Source: Candidatus Kaiserbacteria bacterium | GTDB taxonomy: Bacteria; Patescibacteriota; Minisyncoccia; Phycocordibacterales; UBA2100 | Assembly: GCA_027083345.1 (NCBI GenBank) | Contig: JALWOZ010000016.1 | Coordinates: 5 to 64,004, forward strand | Direction of reading: 5' to 3' | DNA length: 64,000 nt | Shown here: positions 46,181-55,957 of the stretch, piece after piece | How positions within the stretch are numbered: position 1 is the stretch's first letter | How the letters are laid out: the number at the start of each line of letters is the position of its first letter | Position numbers and translations under genes: made by a program | The notes under the pieces: generated by a model | What the model was told of the DNA's origin: nothing | Seen by the model: only the letters and a program-made list of their open reading frames with translations | Databases searched by the model: none

Positions 46181-47143
46181 TTATTCTTGACTCTCCACTC
46201 TAGAGTGAAGCTCGTCTAAAACTTTCTCTATGTCTCCATTTAATATATTCTCCATGCCGCTCCAACTTTCTTTAATACGATGATCTGTAACCCTATCTTG
46301 AGGAAAATTATATGTGCGAATCTTCTCACTCCTGTCTCCCGTACCTATCTGCCCAGCTCGAAACTCACTCCGCTCCTTTGCATCCTTCTCATCTTGCATC
46401 TTTTGTAGTTGAGACTTAAGCATACTCATCGCCTTCTCTCTGTTTTTTTGCTGTGTTCTCTCTGCGGTACAACGCACAGTTATACCAGAAGCTTTATGTG
46501 TAAGCCTAACAGCTGTCTCTACCTTATTAACATTCTGTCCTCCCTTACCACCAGATCGAGAGAACTCTATTTCTAAATCTGCATCTGTAACCTCTATATC
46601 AGTATGCTTATATATCGGCATTATAGCCACACTAGCCGTACTAGTATGAATCCTACCCTGCTTCTCAGTAATTGGCACTCTTTGCACTCTGTGTACCCCA
46701 GTCTCATATTGCAAAGTTTTATAACAATCCTTACCCTTTATCTCAAATGCTGCCTCTTTATAACCTCCCATATCGTTTGTATTAGCATAAAGCTTGAGCA
46801 CTTGCCATCCGTGTTTCTCTGCAAACTTTTGGTACATCTCTGCCAATTGCATAGCAAAGAGAGCTGCTTCATCACCACCAGCACCAGCTCGTACCTCAAG
46901 CACCAGTTCATTGGGATATTGACGCTCCTCTTCTCCGCTTTTAATTATCTTTTTTATTTGATCTTCTATGATTCTCTTCTGCTCAGATATTGTCGCTAGC
47001 TCCGCATCTACCAACTCTCTCATATTTGGATCCTCAGCTAAAGTGCGATTCTCCTGCTCTTGTTCTAAAAGCCTATTGTACTCATCTACCAAAAAAGCTG
47101 TCTTATGATCACCTACGTAATCATTTATATTAAAGTTCTTCAT
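46181..47143 (-). CDS. prfA: Peptide chain release factor 1
   Basis: PxT-type motif (RVPITEKQGRIHTS) and GGQ ([18 protein letters not shown]). Confidence 0.9.
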   Translation of the reverse strand: MKNFNINDYVGDHKTAFLVDEYNRLLEQEQENRTLAEDPNMRELVDAELATISEQKRIIEDQIKKIIKSGEEERQYPNELVLEVRAGAGGDEAALFAMQLAEMYQKFAEKHGWQVLKLYANTNDMGGYKEAAFEIKGKDCYKTLQYETGVHRVQRVPITEKQGRIHTSTASVAIMPIYKHTDIEVTDADLEIEFSRSGGKGGQNVNKVETAVRLTHKASGITVRCTAERTQQKNREKAMSMLKSQLQKMQDEKDAKERSEFRAGQIGTGDRSEKIRTYNFPQDRVTDHRIKESWSGMENILNGDIEKVLDELHSRVESQE

Positions 47144-47152
47144 TATGTAGAG

Positions 47153-47404
47153 TTACTTTTTAGCCGCTGAAGCTCTAGATTTAAACTTCTCCACACGACC
47201 AGCTCTGTCTATTGTAGTATTCTTACCTGTATAAAATGGATGAGACTCACTAGATATCTCAACCTCATATAAAGGGTACTCCTTGCCATCAAATTTGCCT
47301 TTTAACTCCGTCTCCACACAAGACTTAATCAAGAAACTCTCTCCACTGGTAACGTCTTTAAAGATCACCTCTCTATAGTTATCTGGGTGTATATCCTTTT
47401 TCAT
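47153..47404 (-). CDS. rpmE: 50S ribosomal protein L31 (type B, no Zn ribbon)
   Basis: MKKDIHPDNYREV...HPFYTGK. Confidence 0.85.
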   Translation of the reverse strand: MKKDIHPDNYREVIFKDVTSGESFLIKSCVETELKGKFDGKEYPLYEVEISSESHPFYTGKNTTIDRAGRVEKFKSRASAAKK

Positions 47405-47443
47405 AGTGAGAGAATTATACAGAAAATATAATTTAATGCAATA

Positions 47444-48070
47444 CTACAACTCGGTTATAACAAACTCCCCAACCTTATTATCATAAATTACTCTAATACG
47501 GAAAGGTAAACTAAATCCTTCTGGATATACCGGTATCTCATATAATCCAGTATCTGCATCTACCAACTTCACTGGGTCCACCTTACCATAAAGTACAGCA
47601 TGGGCAACCGGATGGATCTGCCCTTTATCTGCATACTTTTTAAAAGATTCTCTATAACCTTTTTGAGTATTCTGCATAAAATAAGATACAGCTACATCTA
47701 CATTACCTACCTCTAATGACTTGGCAAATCCTTTAACCGCATCAAGCGGGAGCTCGGCCTTTTGATGAGTTACAACAACTTGTTTAGGCTGTTGTTGAGC
47801 TTGAGTAGGTTGTGTGGGAACAACCTTAACAACAACATTTTTGTTCGTCGTGGCTTGTGCAGATATACTATTATCTTTAGTTTCAGTAGATGTAGATACA
47901 CCTTGCTCTTGAGCAAGTCCCATTTGTTTATCTATATCTATGGCTATAGACTCTTTACTCTCTTGCTTAACGCTAGTAGTAGAACTCTTATGTAATAAAA
48001 TAGAGGTCGTAAATGCTACAGCTACAATAAAGACCACTACAACCAATACACCTAAATTTTTCTTACTCAT
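47444..48070 (-). CDS. Hypothetical membrane-anchored protein
   Basis: N-terminal TM, a Thr/Gln-rich linker and a ~110-aa C-terminal globular domain of unknown function. Confidence 0.4.
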   Translation of the reverse strand: MSKKNLGVLVVVVFIVAVAFTTSILLHKSSTTSVKQESKESIAIDIDKQMGLAQEQGVSTSTETKDNSISAQATTNKNVVVKVVPTQPTQAQQQPKQVVVTHQKAELPLDAVKGFAKSLEVGNVDVAVSYFMQNTQKGYRESFKKYADKGQIHPVAHAVLYGKVDPVKLVDADTGLYEIPVYPEGFSLPFRIRVIYDNKVGEFVITEL

Positions 48071-48113
48071 TATCTACTATAATACCAATCTGTTGGTAAA
48101 TTATCAAGCATAA

Positions 48114-48142
48114 GAAAAACCCCGCATTAATGCGGGGTTTTT
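48114..48142. terminator. Palindromic rho-independent terminator (bidirectional): AAAAACCCCGCATTAATGCGGGGTTTTT
   Basis: A 7-bp GC-rich stem with a 4-nt loop, flanked by an A-tract and a T-tract. It lies directly downstream of the giant surface-protein gene on the minus strand. Confidence 0.6.
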
Positions 48143-48202
48143 CTCTGCTAGAGAAAGTAGTTAATATAACTAACTTTTTCCTAGGCTCCTATATGCCACT
48201 CC

Positions 48203-51200
48203 TTACGGAGTTACATATGTAGGACCGTATGTATCAGCATTGAAGATCGTGGTACTCTCATCGTAGTTACCAGTATCTGAGTCAATGTCAAACTTAATTG
48301 TAGCTGCAGTATCTTTTAGATATGCGTATACGCTACTGTTTGAAGCTGTCAATGATGATGTATTTGCATACACATACACGTCCTTAGAGCCACCGGCAGG
48401 AACTGTAAGTGAATTTGTAGCAAAATCACAAGTTACAGTATTGTCGGTATCCTCAGCAAGTGTAAGACTTGGAGCTGAACACAAAGTGTTTGTACCATCA
48501 GTCATACTCCATGAAGCCATAGTTGCAGTTCCACTAGCATCATGATGACGAAGTGTTACTTTAAACACGTTTGAGCTACCATTTAAGAAATTAATCTCTT
48601 TATCGCCTGGGTTGCTAATTGTAACCTTCATTACCTGCATAGCGGCATTAGCTGTAAGAGACTTGCTTGCTCCTGAGTCAGCCACAGCAACCTCTGGGTA
48701 TGCCTCATATAATGTATGAGTATTACCTGTAGGTGAGCTTAGAGTAGGTGTTATAGCAGTAGCTGAATCAACTCCTATCACATCTAAGTCTCCGGCTGCA
48801 GCAATCTTAACGCCAACTGAATCTCCATTTTGTACTGCTGTACCGTCTACATTAGCCATTACAGCCTTAACCTTAACAGTTGTATTGGTGTCTGCTGCAA
48901 TCTCAAGAGGAGTACTAAATGTTACCTCTGCTGTATTAGCAGTAACATCCGGTGTAGCCTCTCCAAGCTTGTTGCCAGACTTGTCATAGAACACATACTT
49001 AGCAACAGCATCATCATCTGCAGTATCCACAGCTGTAACTGTCATCTTTCTAACCTTTACAGCCTCAACATCAGTTGTCTTAAACTTAAATACTGCAAAC
49101 TCTTGCTCTGTTGAAGTATCGTCAAGTATTAATTTGGCGTCAGGTGAGCTAGAGTCTAGAGATACTGTTACAGCACCTGTACTTGCTATAGTCATAGCCT
49201 GTCCACCACCTGTTACAGAAGTGTCTGATGCGTCAGCGCTAGTTGTAACACCTGATGCTGTTACAGCATCAATGTCGATAGTGTGCTTATCAGTACCAAC
49301 TGTACCTACAGCACTAGCTGATAGATCTGCTACTACAGCTATATTTACCGTACTGTTCTTCGCTATTACAAACTGATTGTCTAGTACGAAGTTTAGAGTT
49401 ACGTCAGCTCCTGCTGCAGAAGCGTCGAACTGCTCAGTATTTGATACCTTAGTCTCATACACATCTCCACGAGATGATGTTGCAGAAGTAAGGTCTGCCC
49501 AAATCTCTACATTCAGAATGTCATTAACATCTGCTGCAGAAGTTGTAACATCTTGAATTTTAACAGCTGACACCTTTACATCCTCACCTGAGTCAGAAGT
49601 ACTCAATGAGCCAGTCGCCCATACAAAGTCTTTAGCTCCTTTAACTACGCTACGAGCTACTGGCTGTGAAAGTGTTATTGCTGTCATAGCAACAGTCTTT
49701 ACAGTCATCTCGTTAGCGGTAGCAGCTGACATTGCTGAAGTACTTATAGTATCACCAGTGTTGTCTCCAACTACGTTAGTCCATTGTGAGCTAGGGTCTG
49801 TCTTAAGTTTAATCTTATCGTCAGACTCCCAATTAGAGTCAAGTTGACCCTTTACATACATTGTAGTAACCCCTGTTGGGAATGAAACGCTTGAGAATGT
49901 CAATACGTCTGTATCTGTACCTCCTATTGTGTAAGATGTTGAATCTTCAGGACCGGCCAATACAGTTCCATTTTGATCTGTCAAAACAACGTTAGTTATT
50001 TGTACAGTCTCACCGCCTGAGTCAGCGTCTGTAGTTACAGTGTCAAACTTAAGAGACTCTACTGTAATAGGCTCACCCTTAATGTCTACCTCGAATGCAC
50101 CAAGTACAGTGTCAGCTACTTGCTCAGCTATATCAGCTGCTGGAGCTGCATTGCTCTTAGATACTGAGTTAAATGATCCGCCAGTTATTGTAACTGTAAC
50201 ACCATCAAACCAAGGTGTGCTTGAAGTAAAGTCTGATGAACTACTTGACGCACTACCGGCTGTAGCTGTTGGTGTTATACCATAACCATAAGTCTCTCCT
50301 GTTACTATTAAGTCTGTATCCTTACGGATATCAAAGATAATTGTACTTGCAGAACCATTTACAATATCTGCTGATAGTACCATCTCTTTTGATAGACCCT
50401 TCTTAATTACAACACCTGAACCGAAGTTAAATGTGTAGTAATCTCCAGATACTGTTGGTGTGTAAGTATTACCGTCAAATGTAAGCTTTACATTTGATAA
50501 GTCGCTAGCAGATGCTGAACCACTCTGATTCCATCGTACTGACTTAACACGAATATCCTCTGCAGAACCTGCAGTAATCTTAATAGCTTGGAACTTGTAA
50601 CCAGTTGTACCAATCTCCTTACTCTTTGAAGCATCTGGGTCATCAACTCCAACTGCTGCTGTAGCAGTACCAATTGTAAGTGATGAGTTGATTGTGTGCT
50701 GTGCACCTGTAATTGGTAGTGATCCTGCTACTGTACTTGAAGAGTTAACTGCTACTACAGATAGAGAAGCCACTTGACCGGCGTAGTTAGTTAGACTGCT
50801 CTTCATATTACCAACTACTGTGAAGGTCTTACTCATACCAGCTGGTATAGTAGTAGTCTCTCCAACATTAGCTTGGTCATTTGAGTTAAGTGTCTTTGTG
50901 ATACCAACTTGATTACCATTCTCGTCTAGAAGAGCAACACTTGAGAAAGCTGCCTTGTCTGCTAGACCTGTAAGCTCTACAGTTACAGAGTCAAATGTCA
51001 TATCTGATGCTCCCGCTGTAAGAGTGAACTTAGTGAATGGCAAGTTAGCGGCTGACTCAACTGCTAGACCATTACCAGGTTGTGCAGCAGCAGATACGGT
51101 TAGGTCTGTACCTGTACCGTTATTGCTGTTGTTGTTATTATTATTGTTGTTGTTGCTTGACGCACATCTTGCTATCTCCATTGCATTAGCTTTAGCGCGT

Positions 51201-51655
51201 GAGCTAGAACCCCAATAACCTGTACCTGTTGCTAAACCAACTGGGGCAAGTACCTCAGAAGCATACTTGTTCTGGAACTTGATAACAGCTGCCTTAGTAG
51301 CTGGTCCAAAGTAAGAGGTCTCATTACCAGGAGAACCTGCACCTGTACTTGCCACTTGAGTAGCTGAGTCCATGTTTAGGAACTTCTGGATGTTCATTAC
51401 CTCTCCACCGTTATCACCCTTCTTGTGAGAAAGAGTGAACTGCATAGGGGTACAAGAACCATTTGAACCACCATTGTTATTGCTACCTCCAAGCTGTGCT
51501 TGTAGAGTAGCGATCATTGCTAACAAGTTTGAGATCTGAGCTTGTAGCTCCTCATTTGTAGCTGCGCGTGCTGTTGTAACAAACACTGCTGAGAAAGCTA
51601 GGGCTAGACCCATTGCTAGAGCAACGACCTTTTTAGTTGTAAAACTATTAGTCAT
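48203..51655 (-). CDS. Giant secreted surface/adhesin-like protein. It has an N-terminal peptidoglycan-binding domain and a long Thr/Ser/Ala/Val-rich repetitive beta (Ig-like) region.
   Basis: Signal peptide (AVFVTTARA). PG_binding_1-like motif (LSHKKGDNGGEVMNIQKFLN...YFGPATKAAVIKFQ). Poly-Asn linker. Then ~950 aa of TxT/SxS-rich segments. Confidence 0.7.
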   Translation of the reverse strand: MTNSFTTKKVVALAMGLALAFSAVFVTTARAATNEELQAQISNLLAMIATLQAQLGGSNNNGGSNGSCTPMQFTLSHKKGDNGGEVMNIQKFLNMDSATQVASTGAGSPGNETSYFGPATKAAVIKFQNKYASEVLAPVGLATGTGYWGSSSRAKANAMEIARCASSNNNNNNNNNSNNGTGTDLTVSAAAQPGNGLAVESAANLPFTKFTLTAGASDMTFDSVTVELTGLADKAAFSSVALLDENGNQVGITKTLNSNDQANVGETTTIPAGMSKTFTVVGNMKSSLTNYAGQVASLSVVAVNSSSTVAGSLPITGAQHTINSSLTIGTATAAVGVDDPDASKSKEIGTTGYKFQAIKITAGSAEDIRVKSVRWNQSGSASASDLSNVKLTFDGNTYTPTVSGDYYTFNFGSGVVIKKGLSKEMVLSADIVNGSASTIIFDIRKDTDLIVTGETYGYGITPTATAGSASSSSSDFTSSTPWFDGVTVTITGGSFNSVSKSNAAPAADIAEQVADTVLGAFEVDIKGEPITVESLKFDTVTTDADSGGETVQITNVVLTDQNGTVLAGPEDSTSYTIGGTDTDVLTFSSVSFPTGVTTMYVKGQLDSNWESDDKIKLKTDPSSQWTNVVGDNTGDTISTSAMSAATANEMTVKTVAMTAITLSQPVARSVVKGAKDFVWATGSLSTSDSGEDVKVSAVKIQDVTTSAADVNDILNVEIWADLTSATSSRGDVYETKVSNTEQFDASAAGADVTLNFVLDNQFVIAKNSTVNIAVVADLSASAVGTVGTDKHTIDIDAVTASGVTTSADASDTSVTGGGQAMTIASTGAVTVSLDSSSPDAKLILDDTSTEQEFAVFKFKTTDVEAVKVRKMTVTAVDTADDDAVAKYVFYDKSGNKLGEATPDVTANTAEVTFSTPLEIAADTNTTVKVKAVMANVDGTAVQNGDSVGVKIAAAGDLDVIGVDSATAITPTLSSPTGNTHTLYEAYPEVAVADSGASKSLTANAAMQVMKVTISNPGDKEINFLNGSSNVFKVTLRHHDASGTATMASWSMTDGTNTLCSAPSLTLAEDTDNTVTCDFATNSLTVPAGGSKDVYVYANTSSLTASNSSVYAYLKDTAATIKFDIDSDTGNYDESTTIFNADTYGPTYVTP
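51119..51158. repeat. Trinucleotide simple-sequence repeat (GTT/ATT)n, about 13 units, encoding the poly-Asn linker of the giant protein
   Basis: gttattgctgttgttgttattattattgttgttgttgct on the + strand, which reads as AAC/AAT codons on the minus strand. Confidence 0.6.
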
Positions 51656-52175
51656 ATTTTTCTAAATTTATAAATTGATAATTAATAATTAATTTTGAGG
51701 TGCCACAACTTAATGTAGCTCTCCTCGGTTTTCAGACCAGTCTCCGGCTCCACACACATTACACAATATATATAATGTATGGTTCGACTAAGAACCTTTT
51801 GAGTTGGCCAATGTGGTGTGTGCGAGTCGATACACACACGCCACATTGACCAGCTCACGACTGGAGGGTTGATACTGCCATCATTTTAATAAGTGTCGGC
51901 TTAATTAAAATGAATTACTAATTTATTTTTAAGACGACCTGTAATGGAGTCGTCTAAATTATTCTATTGTCAAAGAACATCTTATGCGTGCTCATTTAGA
52001 GCTCCCACAATTATATAGTACTCGTGTACAAATAACAATATAATTGTGGATAACTACTGTGTATTAAAAATACCGCAAGAGGCATTACAAGCACTATGCT
52101 AATATCTACTACACCAACCAGTTACTGTATAATAGTACAGCAAGACCTATAATAGTCAAGAAAATAGCTCTATTA

Positions 52176-52961
52176 CTATACTAATGAATACCTTGTCCAT
52201 CTTTTACTACCCTCTTTTTTAAGCTTACCATTATTAACTAATTTTCTTAGATCTCTTTGCAGAGTTTTACTACTACAGTCAGTGATAAACTGCGCCAAAT
52301 CTCCAGTACTCGCACTACCTCTTTTTGTGATAAACTCTAGTATATTTGAAAACCTATTATTACTTACAGTCCGCTTCTCTCCTTTGGGCATCTTGCTAAC
52401 CTTCTTACTACTTTTACTAGAGATATTAGAGAGCTTGGTTTTCGTACTTATATCTTGGCTAGTTGGGATAGGCTTGCCTTTCGCAATGGTGGGACCCTTA
52501 ACCTCTTCTTCATTTAAAGATTCTTGAGTAAAATAGTCCTTTGACAATTCAACTCCATCACTAGACTTGGCAGTAGACATTGCAACTAAATTATTTACAA
52601 AATCTATATATGCATCTTTGATTATCCTCAAGTTCATCTCAGACACAAACCCTGACGCATACAAAGTATCTAATAAAGATAGCAACAATCTAACTTGTGC
52701 AGTTATATTAGCTAAAACTCCCTCCCCTAAACTGGTAAAACCATTACGAAGTTTTATAGTGTCCGATAGAAGCTTTCCCGACATGTCTCTTACCCTGTCC
52801 CTTAGAGACTCATCTTTGGGTACATAGTTAGTTATCATATAAGTGGCAGTAACCAGTCTCTCCGCTTTCCTATACACTAAAGACGCGGGGGCATTGCTAC
52901 CAAATGGGTCTACTGCGGTATTGCGTTTAAATATCTTAAGTTGTATTTGTCCTTTATCCAT
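52176..52961 (-). CDS. Hypothetical protein with a C-terminal winged-helix DNA-binding domain
   Basis: The C-terminal STGDLAQFITDCSSKTLQRDLRKLVNNGKLKKEGSKRWTRYSL matches the wHTH pattern (...S.rTlqRDL.eLv..G.l...G.gr.t.Y.L). The central region is Ser/Lys-rich low complexity. Confidence 0.45.
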   Translation of the reverse strand: MDKGQIQLKIFKRNTAVDPFGSNAPASLVYRKAERLVTATYMITNYVPKDESLRDRVRDMSGKLLSDTIKLRNGFTSLGEGVLANITAQVRLLLSLLDTLYASGFVSEMNLRIIKDAYIDFVNNLVAMSTAKSSDGVELSKDYFTQESLNEEEVKGPTIAKGKPIPTSQDISTKTKLSNISSKSSKKVSKMPKGEKRTVSNNRFSNILEFITKRGSASTGDLAQFITDCSSKTLQRDLRKLVNNGKLKKEGSKRWTRYSLV

Positions 52962-53122
52962 ATGTCCTCTTGTTTATAAAGATATAGATGTCTCTAACGT
53001 GTCTTATATACATTAATTACCTATAATTACTACTATACTATTTTTTAATGTCTTTTACAAATGTGGTACAAACTTAAAATTAACTTATAGTATGCTACAT
53101 TTAACTTATTTAATATTTTATG

Positions 53123-53131
53123 TGTTATAAT
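53123..53131 (+). promoter_or_regulatory. Candidate extended -10 promoter (TGtTATAAT) for ftsK
   Basis: TGTTATAAT is seen ~48 nt upstream of the ftsK ATG in the divergent intergenic region. Confidence 0.25.
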
Positions 53132-53178
53132 GAGCCTAATACAACAATCAAACAATTAACATAATCCCTATAAATATT

Positions 53179-55473
53179 ATGATGGCCGTAAAGAAGAAAA
53201 GTAAAAAGAAAACAACAAAGAACTCTTCAAAAAATAAAGAAGAAATACAGAACAAAAAGAAGCTCCGCACAATAAAAGAAGAAACAGTAAAAGGTGTATG
53301 GGGAGTTATATTAATCGTACTTGCTATCATATTTATGCTGGCTGCCTTCTCTAGTGCCGGCAAAGCAGGAGAATTTATTTTCAATCTTCTATCAAACCTT
53401 TTTGGTGTTGGGTATTACCTTGTACCTCTTTCTCTAATACTCTTTGCCATTACCATATTTAGATCAATTGGTTCTATAGAAAATAATAAGATAGGAGCAG
53501 TACACTTTGTTGGCTCTATTATGTTTTTTGCTTCAGGCTTAGCTCTTATAGAATCTTTGCACACAACCTCTGGTGGTCTAGTTGGTTCTTTATTGGCGAC
53601 ACCTTTATTAAACTGGTTAGCTCTGCCTGCCACGATATTAATATTATGTGCTCTAATATTAATATCCCTACTTATAACTTTTGATACGTATCCAAAAAAT
53701 CCATTTACTAAAAACACTCAGAACCTTACAGAAGACGAGCTTGGAGATACTGAGGTCACTCACTCCCAAATGAAAATTAAGCTACCCATGACTAAAGAAA
53801 CTGAAGTAGCAGAAGACACCAGGCCAACTCAAAGTACAAAAAAACTCCTGAGCAAAGGTGCGAAAAAAAGTCTATTTAGTATATCTGATAATACCAAAAA
53901 AGAAACACTAAAAGACGAACTGTCATTGGATGTAAAATCTGTTGTTAGTGGAGACTACACACCTCCACCAATAAACATACTCCGCAAAAACTCAGGCAAG
54001 CCTGTAGTAGGAGACGTAAAAGCAAATGCAAATTTAATACAACGCACATTAAAAAACTTCGGCATTGTTGTAGAGATGGACGAAGTATCAATTGGCCCAG
54101 CAGTAACAAGATATGCTCTGAAACCGGCAGAGGGGGTGCGCTTGGCCAAGATCATGGGCTTGCAGAGTAACTTAGAGCTAGCACTGGCGGCAAGCCCCGT
54201 ACGTATAGAAGCTCCTATACCTGGCAAGGCTCTTGTAGGCATAGAGGTGCCCAACACTTCGCGCACAACTCTTGGACTCGGTTCCATGTTGACTATGCCA
54301 GAGTATACCAAATCAGATAAACCTTTATTAGTCTCTCTAGGTGGAGACATTAGTGGTAGACCTCACTTTGCCAATATAGCAAAGATGCCTCACTTGCTTA
54401 TAGCAGGCGCTACTGGCGCGGGTAAATCTGTAACTGTTAACAACATGATAGTAAGTCTGCTATACAGATCGGGCCCAGACAAACTAAGACTCCTAATGGT
54501 AGACCCCAAAAGGGTTGAACTAACCCTATATAATAAAATCCCCCACTTATTAACTCCGGTTATAACAGACGCTAAAAAGGCCATCTTAGCCTTGAAATGG
54601 TTGGCCAAAGAGATGGACAGACGTTATGATGTATTGCAAACAGAGGCGGTACGAGATATTGCCTCTTATCACAAAAATATACTTGACCCTGCTAAAGCTA
54701 AGCAAAAAGCCGGCAAACTAAAAGAAGGAGAGACTACACCAGAAGAAATGCCTTATATAGTAGCATTTATAGATGAACTCTCAGACCTTATGCAAGCCTA
54801 CCCTAGAGAGTTAGAGGCTGTAATAGTACGCCTAACACAAATGAGTCGTGCAGTTGGTATACACCTAGTCTTGGCAACACAACGACCGAGCGTTAAGGTT
54901 ATAACCGGACTCATAAAAGCAAACGTACCGACCCGCTTGGCTATGCAAGTCGCAAGTCAAGTAGACTCTCGCACCATATTAGATATGGGAGGAGCAGAGA
55001 AGTTGCTGGGAGCCGGAGATATGCTCTATTTGTCTGGAGAGATGAGTAAACCTACCCGTATACAAGCACCCTTTATCTCTGAAGAAGAGGTAAAGAAAGT
55101 GGTGAGTAACCTTTACAAAGCCTACGAGAGTGAGTTGAGTGATGAAATAGACTTAACAGAGGCTAATGACCCTAGTATTTTTGAAGCTTCAGTATTTGAT
55201 ACTAATGGAGACGAGGAGGAGGATGATATGTTTGAGGAGGCAAAACGCACCATATTAGAAGCTGGCAAAGGATCTACCTCTTACTTACAGCGCAAATTGC
55301 GTGTAGGCTATGCCAGAGCCGCCCGGCTAATGGATATGCTTGAGGAAAGAGGTGTCATAGGTCCGGCTGAGGGTAATAAACCTAGAGAAGTACTACACCA
55401 ACAAGAGTCTGAACCAACTCACGAAAACGGAAATGACGTAGATACAGAAGTCCAAGAGAATAATATAGAATAA
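53179..55473 (+). CDS. ftsK: DNA translocase FtsK/SpoIIIE
   Basis: N-terminal 4-TM domain, linker, motor domain with Walker A LIAGATGAGKSV, and a C-terminal gamma wHTH (TSYLQRKLRVGYARAARLMDMLEERGVI). Confidence 0.9.
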   Translation: MMAVKKKSKKKTTKNSSKNKEEIQNKKKLRTIKEETVKGVWGVILIVLAIIFMLAAFSSAGKAGEFIFNLLSNLFGVGYYLVPLSLILFAITIFRSIGSIENNKIGAVHFVGSIMFFASGLALIESLHTTSGGLVGSLLATPLLNWLALPATILILCALILISLLITFDTYPKNPFTKNTQNLTEDELGDTEVTHSQMKIKLPMTKETEVAEDTRPTQSTKKLLSKGAKKSLFSISDNTKKETLKDELSLDVKSVVSGDYTPPPINILRKNSGKPVVGDVKANANLIQRTLKNFGIVVEMDEVSIGPAVTRYALKPAEGVRLAKIMGLQSNLELALAASPVRIEAPIPGKALVGIEVPNTSRTTLGLGSMLTMPEYTKSDKPLLVSLGGDISGRPHFANIAKMPHLLIAGATGAGKSVTVNNMIVSLLYRSGPDKLRLLMVDPKRVELTLYNKIPHLLTPVITDAKKAILALKWLAKEMDRRYDVLQTEAVRDIASYHKNILDPAKAKQKAGKLKEGETTPEEMPYIVAFIDELSDLMQAYPRELEAVIVRLTQMSRAVGIHLVLATQRPSVKVITGLIKANVPTRLAMQVASQVDSRTILDMGGAEKLLGAGDMLYLSGEMSKPTRIQAPFISEEEVKKVVSNLYKAYESELSDEIDLTEANDPSIFEASVFDTNGDEEEDDMFEEAKRTILEAGKGSTSYLQRKLRVGYARAARLMDMLEERGVIGPAEGNKPREVLHQQESEPTHENGNDVDTEVQENNIE

Positions 55474-55477
55474 ACGT

Positions 55478-55870
55478 ATGAGAGATAAAAAAATAGTAGT
55501 AGCTTTGTTTGTAATCTTCTTACTGCTTATTTTTGGTTATATTATATTTACTGCTAGATTTATAATACTCGGACCTAGATTGTTTTTAAATACCAAAGAC
55601 GGGACTATCGTGGTAAAAACACAAGTCATAGAGATTGCCGGGATGGCTAAAAATACATCAGAATTAAGAATGAACAACAAGAAGATTCTCTTAACTCCGG
55701 AAGGAGCTTTTGCAGAACAACTACTCCTAGCTATAGGTAAAAATACATTTGAGTTTGACGCCAAAGATAAATTTGGCAGAACTTCCAAAAAGACTCTTAT
55801 CGTAATATATAAACCTAAAGACGATAATGTGATACAATTAACAAATACTAATATTAACAACAGCAATTAG
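55478..55870 (+). CDS. Hypothetical membrane-anchored protein
   Basis: 130-aa ORF with an N-terminal TM. It starts 4 nt after the ftsK stop. Confidence 0.35.
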   Translation: MRDKKIVVALFVIFLLLIFGYIIFTARFIILGPRLFLNTKDGTIVVKTQVIEIAGMAKNTSELRMNNKKILLTPEGAFAEQLLLAIGKNTFEFDAKDKFGRTSKKTLIVIYKPKDDNVIQLTNTNINNSN

Positions 55871-55957
55871 TAATGATTTACGATCCGTCAAACCCCTCTC
55901 CGGAGACTTCGACAGATCTAAAATTCTCTAATTCATTTTGTTTATAATAAAATTGAT

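Noticed and set aside
50955-51218. 87-aa ORF containing a poly-Leu run
   Set aside because: It is the antisense reading of the (AAC/AAT)n poly-Asn repeat in the adhesin gene.
51656-52175. Hypothesis that the structured intergenic region is RNase P RNA, SRP RNA or tmRNA
   Set aside because: There is a superficial resemblance (GTCTCCGGCTCC vs the P4 5' strand; CGGCTTA; a GGTTCGA T-arm-like stem). However, no complementary P4 partner was found, nor a GGAAGCAGC-type SRP domain IV, nor a tRNA-like acceptor or tag ORF for tmRNA. It is left as unassigned.
53148-53384. 78-aa minus-strand ORF overlapping the ftsK start
   Set aside because: Antisense to the FtsK N-terminus and the poly-Lys leader, with low-complexity Phe-rich translation.
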